A stretch of 64,000 bases of DNA from Octopus vulgaris (taxonomy: Eukaryota): assembly GCA_951406725.2 (NCBI GenBank), contig OX597831.1, positions 55,118,001-55,182,000 of the forward strand. The letters are read 5' to 3'. The position numbers were made by a program, and so were the translations under genes. Below are positions 26,425 to 38,430 of this stretch, one piece after another (position 1 is the stretch's first letter; each line of letters opens with the position of its first letter). The notes under the pieces are model-generated. The model saw nothing but the letters and a program-made list of their open reading frames with translations, had not been told where the DNA came from and did no database searches.

Positions 26425-27316
26425 CAGGGTGTGATGGGTAAATTATCACCATTTTATATTTTTAATTTCATGCATGTGCATTGTTTGTTTTTGATTTTGT
26501 CAACTACACAGTATAGTAGGGTCAGTTGGGCATCGTCCGTGAGAAAAACAGCACCATGACACAATTCATTCTGCCAGAAACTTGAACACAACATGCTGTA
26601 CTGCTTGCCATTTGCAGCGGAAGCTCCAATACGAATATTCCAGAGTGCTTGGATGTCAATCTGAAGACAGTGCAATCTGAGTACATGTACCGAGAGTAAT
26701 AAAAAAATCAAACATCCAGTCAACATCATGATGTTTGGAGTGATCACTAATGATGGTAACATTTATGCCTCCATTCATCGTCCCACATGACCTCACACTG
26801 AACAAGGGGGCCTACATCAAGTGCCTGGAAGAGGTAGTGCTGCCCTGGGTCAAGAGGGTGGCTGCTGGAAGAGTCCATGTCAGGCAACAGGACTCTGCAC
26901 CATGCCACACAAGCAGGAGAACCCAGTCATGGATGTCAGACAATTTCTGCGACCATATCACCCCTAACATCTGGCCACCTAACTCCCCAGACTGCAACCT
27001 CTTTGATTATTATGTGTGGGGCACAGTTGAGTGAGAGACCAACAAAACTCCTTGTAACATCAAAGATGAACTGAAAGCAAGGATTATAGTAGCATTCACC
27101 AACTTAAACAAGGAGACCGTCCAGAAGAATTGCAGAGGATAACAAAGTTTTCTGGAGGCCGTGGTTGAAGCCAATGGCGATTTTATTGAATAAATTTACT
27201 CTGTAGTACTTCAAGATATCTTTATGTAAATCTGGTAAATATATCTGTTAAAATGAGATGTCAGTGTTATGTTCATTTTTGCATAATTTAGGTGGCAGTT
27301 TATTCACTGCACCTTG
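26425..27316 (+). mobile_element. Internally deleted Tc1/mariner DD37D (maT) transposon
   Basis: TA TSDs. Imperfect TIRs cagggtgtgatgggtaaattatcacc / ggtggcagtttattcactgcaccttg. ORF 26750-27034 contains QQDSAPCHT...WPPNSPDCNLFDY with 37 residues between the 2nd and 3rd catalytic Asp. The first-Asp region is deleted. Confidence 0.9.
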
Positions 27317-27385
27317 TACATGTGTACACCTTTGTGTTTATCCCTCACCAGCACTACCACTACCACTTAACAACAGGTGTTGGTT

Positions 27386-27436
27386 AAGAGCGTGGGCTAC
27401 TAACCCCAAGATTCCGAGTTCAATTCCAGGCAGTAA

Positions 27437-27495
<59 letters not shown>

Positions 27496-27636
27496 TTGAA
27501 AAATACCTTAGGAATGAGAACCCAGGTTTGAAAATTTCCCCAAGTCATCTGATGAAGGCTGGAGGGTATATCATCTGAAACGTTGTGTTAACAATAAACA
27601 AGATAAGGACAAATATCCATCAAATGTAAATAATGT
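27386..27636 (+). mobile_element. tRNA-headed SINE carrying a hammerhead-ribozyme core in its 3' half
   Basis: tggttaagagcg (A box), gagttcaattcc (B box), (AAT)n, CTGATGA-aggctg..catct-GAAA-CGTT (27549-27584). TSD aggtgttggtt at 27375-85 and 27637-47. Confidence 0.7.
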
Positions 27637-28479
27637 AGGTGTTGGTTTGTTTATGTCCCCATAACGCAGCGGTTTGGTAATAAGTTGACTGATAGAATAA
27701 GTGTCAGACATAAATATAAAAAAAAGTACTGGGGTTGATTTATTCAAATGAACTCTTCAAGGTGATATCCCAACATGGCTGCAGTCCAATGACTGAAACC
27801 CATGAAAGATGGAAGGTATATATTTACAGGTAGAAAAATTGAGAAATATGGAGAAATATACTTCGTATAAGAACATAATTTCATAGCTAAAACATGTTAT
27901 TTTTCTCATAAACTACAAAGCAATATGATCCCTTAAACCCTTGTTCAAGATACAAGTTAAAGCAATTTTTCCTACATGAATATTAAGTGTAAGGTTTTAT
28001 AATATATGGAACAAAATCAAATATAATTCAAAGAGAAAATATTTTCTCGTCTTATGTTGCTGATATTGATTTTGGTGTAATGACAACGATAATCCATGTT
28101 TCTTTTTTAAGCATGTAATTCAATGCCATAAGCCATTGTTGTTTAAATATGACTGCAAACTGTAATTGATATATAGGCCTAGTGTAACTACTGTGAACAG
28201 CCATTGTAATCGCTGTTAACAAATAGTATAACAACTGCTATTATGTATTTATGTGTGTGTGTCTGTGTTTGTAGCTGTAAATCTACATGCACAGTCATAT
28301 ATTAAGTATGCACAAACATCTAAATGGCATGAATCTTGATTATATATTTATTATCAGCGAATTAGCAGAGTTGTTACAGTGTTAGATAGAATTCCTTGTG
28401 GTATTTTGTCCCAATTCTCTGTTTTCTGAGTTCAAATCCCACCAAAGGACATCCTTGCCTTTCATGTTTTCAGGTTAGA

Positions 28480-28770
28480 AGCAGGGGCTATCTACGACTT
28501 TTCTCCATTTTCTTGACTCTGGCTTATCTTTCCCTCTCCCAGGTCTTATTGGTTTTGAATTGTCATTGATGCGCCCATAACTTTGCTTTTTTCTAGGTAG
28601 GGATGTTGACTCTATGCAAATTTATTTTTACCTTTGGAAAGAGGTGGCCCATATCAATTTAGCCTACCTTTTGACCTGTTCAGTATGAGAGACCCTACCA
28701 GGAGTTTACACTCTACTAGCATAGTTCACAGCATCACTGAGGCACATATGTCACCACCTTTTAGTGGTTC
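28480..28770 (-). mobile_element. Old RTE-5'UTR-derived non-autonomous repeat
   Basis: tttgacctgttcagtatgagagaccctaccaggagtttacactctactagcatagttc resembles the conserved RTE 5' region in reverse orientation. Confidence 0.35.
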
Positions 28771-30698
28771 CATGCTTTCAGGGTCAATACATTGAGTATA
28801 AATCTACTGACGTGGATTGAAGAATTGTTAGAACAATGGAGCAATCATAATGCTCAGAACTACACTAGTGCCAGACTGTATAGGTCCTAACCTTTCTCTG
28901 GAACAATATCAGTGGCATAGAAAAGGGAAACTTGCATGCATGGATGACTGTTGGTCTTCCATAAAATATATCTTAATCAGGACTGTACTTTGGAGAGAAA
29001 TTTTTTCATGTGGAGATCATTGGTCCTTTGGAGAGAAATTTTTTCATGTGGAGATCATTAGTCCTATAAGAATACAGAGGTCACAAAGATATTTATAAAT
29101 GTGCTACTTGACTGGTCACCAAATAAGTGATCATTCAACATGCTACAAACAGCAGCAAAATACACCCCAATTCACACGTCCTACCATCTTACACAAGAAA
29201 CACTGGGTGGTGTAATGCAAAGCATAAAAGGGGTTGAAAAAATATAGGATATTTAAGGCTGGAAAGCTTCTGATCATAGGCTTGTTTGAACAGGGCAAAC
29301 TTGAAGCTAAAGGAAAACTACATCTTGAAGTAATCAGAAGGTCCCACTTTCAAATCTCCCTATCCAATTCTAATCCTAATACTGCCTACCAACTTTAAAG
29401 ATATGAAAGACCTTTCGTCCTATTTGAACTCTGACGTAGAAGGCATACAAAACATTATTCTGTAAATAAATAAATTCAATTTCCTATTTATATTTCTATC
29501 TGTAAATAAAAGTGTGTGTGTGTGTGTGTATACCAAGCATTTTAAGAAATTTACCCTATATATTTTACTATTACACACACACACACACACACACATAAAT
29601 ATATATATATATATATACAAACATACATACATACATCACACACATACATGCAGGCACACACGCACACGTGCATGCATGCACACACTCACACACAATTATA
29701 TTTTGAAATGCACATGGTATATAAAGAGAAAGTTATAGAAGAAAAAATTATACAATTAGCATTCAGTAGCTATACATTATATATATATGTATACACACAC
29801 ATATATGGATTGTTTCTTTTCAATTTTAGCTTTTGCTTTTTGATTTAGATTTAATTTTCCCACTTCCTGGTGCTATTATCATCTGTAAATGTGTGAGGGA
29901 GAAGAAAAAGATTGAAGAATTGATCTTCTTCCCCAGCATGATACACTAACAAAGCATTTCACTGAGTTTTATTTTTACTGTTTATATATTTATTACCATA
30001 GCAAGCCATTAGTCCTACCATTAATCTAATATGCAAGATAAAATGCTATCAGATAATTTACACATTGATTCTTTTCAATCAGAACAATTCACATACATAT
30101 CTCATTGGCTCCAGGAACCCTCACACAACTGTTTAGTGCCAACAAAGGAATATTGTTCAGAAATTGTTGCCTCTCATTTCATGGAAGACAGGAAATAAAT
30201 TAATTACAATTTCATGAGAAATCTTGAGGAAATTAAACACCATCAGACATTATTAGTACCAACAGAACACAACAAGCAGTGACTGCTAAAGCTATATCAA
30301 CAATTTAGCAAACGGATTGCAAAGAGAAAGTTCTGTCAACAAGGGAATCTCTGTTCAGTAATAGAACCTGTATTGGACTACCCCTCAAATCACATCCTAC
30401 CATTAAGAAAAAAAAAGGAGAAGAAACGAATCAGTTAATGTGATACAAAATACACTGTTAGTAAAATGGAAAAGTACAAGGAAGTTTATAGCTCTAGTAC
30501 ATTTTTCATTATGAGTCTTTTTGATTCGAACTGACCTGGGGACTAAACAACATTAATGATTGCTTGAATTTACAAAGAAACACATAGACCGGGTCAGCAA
30601 GAAATCATCATATTTGAGGGTGCTAACTATATATAATGTTCAAGTCTTAACTAATATTGAATTGGTACTTTATCATTTTATGAGATAATAATAATAAT

Positions 30699-31202
30699 AC
30701 CAAGCAGTGGCTCTCATGGCTTTTAATCTTAACTGATTGGAAATGCTATCATGTACATGATTTATCTGGTATAAAAGATGGGCTATAGCAAATAATTAGA
30801 TTTGCTTGCCAGTTGTTTCACCATAACCAGCTGAACATGTCCCTTAGTCGCTGACAATATGTGCATCTCTGATCATGAGCAGAAGTAGTGGGGAAGCATC
30901 ATAGCCATGTATTGAGAGGAATTCTTTGGGGTTTGAATAATTCACCTCTGGAAACATTAGCGTTTCGTTCTTCATCCTTAAACAAACCTTATTCAGGGAT
31001 ATTTTGAAGAAAATTCTAACTGGGTCCCATCTGCAAAGTCATGTGCTGTTTATCTTGATATGAGGTCACTAAGTTGCGCACATATGATTGTGATGCATAT
31101 GCCTGGTGTACCCTTATCAGATGGGTAGTCATGATGGGTATATTGGGCTTCGTATATTTGTATCCCAATGGCACTTTCATGGCATACACTGCTCTCTCAC
31201 CC
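30699..31202. mobile_element. ~500-bp TAA-flanked interspersed repeat, copy 1
   Basis: gcagtggctctcatggctttt...gcatacactgctctctcaccc with (TAA)n on both sides. Homologous to copy 2. Confidence 0.75.
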
Positions 31203-31255
<53 letters not shown>

Positions 31256-31792
31256 GTGCCCTGATACAATACAAGGCAGTGGCTCTCTTGACTTTTGATC
31301 TTAAATATTGGAAGTGCTAACATGTACATGTTTTGTCTTGGTGTAAAAGATGGACTACAGCAAATATTTTCTTGGTACCAGAGACTTGCTTGTCAGCTAC
31401 TTGACCGTAACCAGTTGAGCATGTCCCTTAATAGCTGATGATATGTGCATCTCTAATCATGACTAGCTGTTTGCGGGGAGCATCGTAGCCATAAGATGAA
31501 AGGGATTCTTTGAAGTTTGAATAATTCACCCATGGAAGCAAAGGTGTTTTCATTCATCATCCTTAAACAACCTTCATTCAAGAATGCTTTGAGTGGGATG
31601 GGATATTCAACCTGATGAAATCTAACTGCGCTCCATCTGCAATTCATGTGCTGTTTATCATGATATGAGATCACCATGTCATACACATATGATTGTGATG
31701 CCCTTATCTGATGGGTAGTCATGATGGGTATGTTGAGCTTCATATATTTGTACCCCAGTGTCACTTTCATGGCATGTACAGCTCTCTCACCC
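31256..31792. mobile_element. ~500-bp TAA-flanked interspersed repeat, copy 2
   Basis: Same sequence and orientation as 30699-31202, with distinct indels. Confidence 0.75.
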
Positions 31793-31881
31793 AATAATAA
31801 TAATAGTCATTTCAAATTTTGGTACAAAGCCAGCAAGTTTGGGGGATTACATTGATCCCAGTGCTCAAGTGATACTTAATT

Positions 31882-32120
31882 AAGGTGGCGAGCTGGCAGA
31901 AACGTTAGCACACCAGGCAAAATGCTTAGCAGTATTTCATCTGTTTTTACGTTCTGAGTTCAAATTCTGCTGAGGTCGACTTTGCCTTTCATCCTTTCAT
32001 GGTCGATAAATTAAGTACCAGTTATGCACTGGGGTCGATGTAATTGACTTAATCCCTTTGTCTGTCCTTATTTGTCCCCTCTGTGTTTAGCCTCCTGTGG
32101 GCAATAAAGAAATAAGAAAT
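31882..32120 (+). mobile_element. SINE family B inserted antisense into an older SINE B
   Basis: TSD aagtgatacttaatt (31867-81) / aagtggtacttaatt (32121-35). Host halves at ~31810-31866 and 32136-32250. Confidence 0.8.
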
Positions 32121-32269
32121 AAGTGGTACTTAATTCATCAACCCGAAAGGATGAAAGGCAAAGTCAACCTTGATGGAATTTGAATTCAGAACATGGATGA
32201 AATGCCACAAAGTATTTTGTCCAGCATACTAATGATTCTGCCAGCTTATGACGACAACGACGACAATAA

Positions 32270-32915
32270 TAACACATCAGAAAGTGATAAGTGCAGAAAT
32301 TGTGGACAAAATGGTGAAACCATTGGGCATATTACCAGTTAATGTACGCCACTAGCCCAGAAAGAATATAAGAGACATCATGACAATATAGCAAGGATTG
32401 TTCATTGGACACTTTGCAACAGGTATGGACTTGACAGAGCAAAAAAGTGGTATGAACATAAACCCAAAGGCATCATCAAAAATGATAATGCAAAGATCCT
32501 ATGGGATTTTATGATTCAGTGCAACCATGAGATAGAAAATAAGAAACCAGACATAGTGTTAATTGAGAAAGAAAGCAAATGTTGCTGAATCATAGATATA
32601 GCATGCCCAGCTGACAAGGTATGCGATAAGGAAGAAAGAAAAGTCGACAGATATGACAGGTTAGCTTGGGAGGTTAAGCAGTTGTGGTCAATGAAACAGA
32701 TGATAGTAGTACAAATAATTGTCAGAGCCCTAGGAACAGTGAGTAAAAATCTTGAGAACAGGGAACAAATAGGGGCTGCAATAAGAGTGGAACACTTGCA
32801 GAAAACAGCACTGCTTGGAACCACTCGAATACTTCTGATGTGCTTGAAAAATAAGGGGTGTTACCTTAGTTCACTGGTAACGAACAGCTGGCACTGTAGA
32901 CAGGAGTGAAATTTT
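32270..32915 (+). mobile_element. R4/Dong-clade LINE C-terminal remnant (CCHC knuckle plus restriction-like endonuclease)
   Basis: SDKCRNCGQNGETIGHITS*CTPLAQKEYKRHHDNIARIVHWTLC..KWYEHKP..KILWDFMIQCNHEIENKKPDIVLIEK..IIDIACPAD..ALGTV..LQKTALLGTTRIL. Confidence 0.9.
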
Positions 32916-32982
32916 GTAGACAGACATTGCTTGAATTCATTGTATGTAAGAGAGAGAGGGAAGAGAAAGAGAGAGAGAGAGA

Positions 32983-33015
<33 letters not shown>

Positions 33016-34043
33016 TGAGTGAGTGAGTGCGTGCATGCTGGAGTGTCAGTGCTTGTATATACCATTGTGCAGCAACTTTTTACATCATAGGGCTGGTTGA
33101 TTAAAAAAAAATACCACACTGGGGTTAATGTGATTAACTCCAAAATCCAATAAGGCATAGTCCAAATATGGCTGCAGTCTTATGAATAAAACCAATAAAA
33201 GAATAGAAAAATTTGAATGATTTATACACTTAAAATCCTTGATGATGTCCACAAAAGAAAATGGTAAAAGTAAACTAGGACATTGCAAATACATAAGAGA
33301 CTTTGAATAGTCCGAATTTTTAGGAGTGGATGGTAGATTATGATGTTGAAAAGAATGAGATTTTAGACTAAAAAGTGTAGAGAGAGATGTGGGATGTATA
33401 ATGCAAACATGGGATGTTGTACAGTAGGATATTAACCTGACTTCAATATTGTTGCAGTTTTAACTGGATTCATCCTTTGTTTGCTTAACAAATCAAGCAA
33501 GACATGTAATTTGAGAATTTAAGGAAATAATTTTTTTTTTTTAAATCAATGAAAATTTGTAAATAATTTAAACTGAAGATAAAATAGAATGTTTCTGCTA
33601 AAAAAAACCCCTGAAAAACAAAACAAAAATAAATTAATCTAAATGGGAGAATTACAGAGACTTGTTATTGTTGAGCTGATGAGTAGGCCTATGATCAAAG
33701 GCATTCTAACAATGGCCATCCTGTTAATTCAGATACAGTTTATCTTAGACTACATTTCAATATGTCCTTTCCCTCTTTTTTTTTCCTTGTTTTAAAAGAT
33801 GGTAGAGTGTGAGTCCAGAAAGATTTGGTTGGCATTTTCAGTAAGAAAAGTACCCATGTAGACATACTTTCATTGGTTTGAATTCCACCAACAGAGGTTT
33901 AAAAAAAACACTGTTCAAGCATATATGTTAATACACAGACACACACACTGCACATATATACACACACATTTCAGAAAAACCAGCTATCAAGAAACTTTTT
34001 TTTTAAAATGTACATAAGGTTACTCTTAAAGACAGAACCTTAC

Positions 34044-34724
34044 TCAAAAAAGACAATTTCGTACATCGAATGGCCAAAAAGAAACTACTAAAACAGGAAA
34101 TACTCAAGTCCCCTTCATACATGACTGTGAATAAAATAATAAAGAGTCTACAATCATACATGGCAAGAGAGAGGAAGTCAGAGAAGCATGTCATAAAAGA
34201 ATGTTGGCAGATATCTTTAACATGAACATGCAAGATACTCCAGTTGAAGAAATCAATATTGTCAACAAGACAGAAAGACAATATGGGTGCACCTCTTTGA
34301 ATAAGCACTGGTTCTTCTTCTTCTTCTGACACTCTGGGGCATTGCTAAATGAAGATAGGCTGATGACAAATTGATTATTTTAGAACTAGCTTTGCGTTTG
34401 TAACATTTTTCATTGATTGACTCATTTTGTTTGATTTTCTTTTTCCTTTTTATTATCCTGACTCCGTTTTGTTCTTTCCTCTTTTTTTTTCTACCAGATA
34501 TTTATTGATACAAAAAAAAAAAAAAGAGAGAGATTGGATTAGTTTCTGGAAAATTCATTCTAGAAAAGAAATATCATTTCACCGTTTTCAAAGTATTCAT
34601 TTCAATTTAATTTAATAACTAACTGAATACAAGGAAGACTTGTCCCAGCAGGATCTTTGTAAACTGTTTTGAACTGCTTCAGTAGTATGACCTATTTTAG
34701 CAGCTGTACTGGATGTTACCCCAC
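34044..34724 (-). other. Candidate exon (likely untranslated, or first coding exon); 3' boundary uncertain
   Basis: Strong acceptor: long T-rich tract then ccccag|GTGGGG at 34724. Possible donor ttga|gtaagg at 34044. Unique non-repeat sequence with no recognisable protein. Confidence 0.3.
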
Positions 34725-35629
34725 CTGGGGAAAAAAAAAACAAAAACAAGATATTCAAAAAGTTTTTTACAAAACTGTATCTTACATTTTATTAATATAT
34801 TATTTTACCTATGATGATATACACATTAATCAATTAATCTGTCTGTCTGTCTATCTATCTATATATATATATATTTATACAGACACACACACACAAATGT
34901 ATATACATTCATACATTCACGTAACACAAAACAGCACAGATGTACATGGTTGAGCAAAAAGCCATCAAGAATAATATAAAGGTTGCAGAAAAAGCATCTA
35001 GACAACTCTGGCTGAAAAGAGGTGACCAGTGCAGTTAATAAAAGGCCACTTCAACACAGGCCTAGGTTTGATCACCTTAGGTCAAGTCACTTGGATGAGA
35101 ATGTATGTTGTAAGAGCTGAAACACCCAGTGACTTCAGCACACAACATGGCTGCTGGGTTCAAGTATTACATAGAACTAAATATTTATATAGAACATGTA
35201 TCTCTTCTGCAGCAAGACACCTCCCTATACCCCTCTAATATTTTTTAACCCCTCACCAACTGACACAAAGCCACCTTCCTCAATCCTATTCTCATTGAAT
35301 CAATGGGACTTTGTCTTGCAGATTACTTGGTGACCCTGCAGGTGCTGGTACCACAAAAAAGGCACCCAGTACGCTCTGTAAAGTGTTAGGAAGGGCATCC
35401 AACCAGAGATACCAAACCAAAATAGACAACAGAGCTTCGCACAATTTTCTGGCTTGCCACCTCTAGTCAAACCATCCAACCTATGCCAGCATGGAAAATG
35501 GATGTTCAATGATAATGATGATGTAGATAAATCTAGTTATGTAATTGAAAAGAGATTGCCTTCAATGGTTTATTCAACCACTGGCTCAATAAGTCATTTA
35601 AGGTGAAACAAGAAGTCCCAGTCAAATCA

Positions 35630-36190
35630 ATATTGTGTGTGTGAGTTCTAATTACTCTGTGATCATGTCATTCATGCTGCATCATTCTCAAATTACCCCA
35701 TTTTAGATATGCTCTTGCAATGATATTCCTAGCATAGATTTTCTCCATGGCTTTTTGTGTCATAGTCAACCAAAGTTCTTCCCTCTTCAGAGTATTTCAC
35801 GTGTAGCAAGGTTCACAGACATCAATTACATAACTAGATTTGTTTACATCATTCTCATCATCATCATTGAACATCCATTTTCCATGCTGGCATGGGTTGG
35901 ATGGTTTGACTAGAGGTGGCAGGCCAGAAAATTGTGCGAAGCTCTGTTGTCTATTTTGGTTTGGTATCTCTGGTTTGATGCCCTTCCTAACACCAACTGC
36001 TTTACAGAGTGTACTGGGTGCTGAGCAGTATCCAAGAAATTTGAAAAGGCCACTTGGAAGGCCTCCACAAATCATTTTAGTTAAACGATTTGGGCCAAGA
36101 TGGAAAAGAAAGGTGCCATCAAGAAAGAATTGGAAGTGTATTGTGATAAATGGTGTATAACAACATCTGGCAGACTGATTGATACAGTGA
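35630..36190 (+). mobile_element. RTE-like LINE 3' remnant with an inverted 5' part and an internal foreign insert
   Basis: Minus strand ~35630-35796 gives TLKREELWLTMTQKAMEKSMLGISLQEHI. Plus strand gives VARFTD (~35803) and EQYPRNLKRPLGRPP..WKRK..SRKNWK (36023+). Confidence 0.65.
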
Positions 36191-36356
36191 TTCTAATTAT
36201 ATTATATAATGCATACAGTTTATTCAGGCTAAATTAATCTCTCCTTTTTCAGAAACAGCTTGATGTATTGGTGAACTGTCAATGGCACTGGAGAGTGTAA
36301 AGATTAAGGCTGTTATTGAAAAAAAGTTAGCTTTTAGAAATTAGAAAAAAAGTTAG

Positions 36357-36788
36357 TAGGCGTAGGAGTTACTGTGTGGTAAGTAGCTTGCTTATGAACC
36401 ACATACTTCCAGGTTCAGTCCCACTGTGTGGCACCTTGGGCAAGTGTCTTCTACTATAGTCTCAACCAACCAAAGCCTTGTGAGTGGATTTGGTAGACGG
36501 AAACTGAAAGAAGCCTGTCGTATATATGTATATGTATATGTGTGTGTGTGTGTGTGTGTGTATGTGTGTGTGTTGTGTGTATGTGTGTGTGTGTGTGTGT
36601 GTTTGTGTGTCTGTGTTTGTCCCGCCAACATTGCTTGATAACCGATGCTGATGTGCTTATGTCCTCGTAACTTAGCGGTTCGGCAAAAGAAACCGATAGA
36701 ATAAGTTCTGGGGTCGATCTGTTCGACTAAAGGCAGTGCTCCAGCATGGCTGCAGTCAAATGACTGAAACAAGTAAAAGAGTAAAGAG
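36357..36788 (+). mobile_element. SINE family A
   Basis: ggcgtaggagttactgtgtggtaag...ggttcagtcccactg...gactgaaacaagtaaaagagtaaagag. Confidence 0.85.
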
Positions 36789-36829
36789 TGAAATGGAGGA
36801 TTGAAAGCCATCTGAATATTGGAAAAGAG

Positions 36830-37197
36830 TTACCAGTATCATGATAATTTGCACCGGTTAACAAAAGGCCAACATCATGACTGCTGCTCAATACTCTGTG
36901 AATATTTTAAAGGCTGTAAAACGTAACATGGACAGCTGCAACAGAGACTGCAGAGCTGTCTCCAGTGAGGACGTCATCATGCCACTCAACATATTTGAAC
37001 AGGGCCTTAAGCTCAATTCTTATAGTTATGTGAAGCCACTGGAGGCTATAACCAAACCCTGGCTGGAGAGGGTTGCTGCTGGGAGGTCATATGCGTGTCC
37101 ACAGAATTCGGCTGCTTGCCATACCTCCAGAAAGAGCCAGAAGTAGTTGTTGGAGAATTTTTACGATCTCACCAGCCTCAACCTCTGGCCTTGCTAA
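36830..37197 (+). mobile_element. DD37D/maT transposase fragment (second, older family)
   Basis: VSSEDVIMPLNIFEQGLKLNSYSYVK..KPWLERVAAGRSYACPQNSAACHTSRKSQK*LLENFYDLTSLNLWP aligns with the 26750 ORF. Confidence 0.8.
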
Positions 37198-37250
37198 TGA
37201 CAAAAGGATGCTAGTTATATAATCACTTTCATTAGCTTACAGCTGTTTCT

Positions 37251-37481
<231 letters not shown>

Positions 37482-37796
37482 CCAACCTGCACCAGCATGG
37501 ACAATGGATGTTAAATGATGATGATGATGATGACGATGAGCACTAAGTGCTCAAAACTGTATGGCCTGATTGTCTCATGGCTGGGAGATGGTAGGGGTTC
37601 ACTCCCCTGCTTTCAATATATATGTTGTGTGCAAATTGCATTGAACAACCAGCTGGAGGAGGCATCCTCCCAGGGTTAAAATGGTAGTAACATTGGTTCC
37701 TATGGAACAGCCATGCTGAAGTGGTGATAAGCATTACTTCTCAGTATAGTAACTCTTATAGAGATTTTCTGTTGTTTGTTTGTTTGTTTGTTTGTT

Positions 37797-37853
<57 letters not shown>

Positions 37854-38185
37854 ATGTATGTATGTATGTATGTATGTATATGCATGGGTTCGTAATCCTT
37901 TAACCAAACTCCTAAACCCGAGAACCTTCAAAATATCTATGTTTCCCAATTTAGAAAATCCCCTACAAATGGAAGACTCTAGAAAGCACTGAGAAGATTC
38001 CCAAGTAATGTACAGTAATGTAGGACTATTCAAGGGCCCATCAGTTATTGGATGTAGATTTACTCATCTTGGTTGGCTTTCCCAGCCCATTTAAATAGGA
38101 GCCAATTTAATTTACTGTCAGTAGCTGTCATAGCTTTGCACACATATGAATTACCACATGAGATGTGCTCTATTCTGCGTAGAAA

Positions 38186-38430
38186 ATGCTGAAATGACCT
38201 ACAGATATTAGAGTGCATAAATGTGAAAAAGAAATAAATATATAAAATAAAAAGAAGTATTTACGCTAATCAATTATTGAAAAACTATGACAGCAGTATT
38301 AGTTTGAAGTGCTTGACTGAGGAGTTTGATGTTGGAACTACCAGTGTATTTGACCTCAAGAAACAGAAGGGCCAATTGCTGAAGTTCTATAAAACTGATA
38401 CACAAAAGTTGAGGAAAAATAGAAAAACAT
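38186..38430 (+). mobile_element. Tigger/pogo (CENP-B HTH) transposase N-terminal remnant, Tigger4/Zombi-like
   Basis: LLKNYDSSISLKCLTEEFDVGTTSVFDLKKQKGQLLKFYKTDTQKLRKNRKT. Confidence 0.75.

Noticed and set aside
27381-27432. Functional tRNA gene (also the SINE A, B and D heads)
   Set aside because: The acceptor stem is incomplete and each is joined to a SINE body with a TSD.
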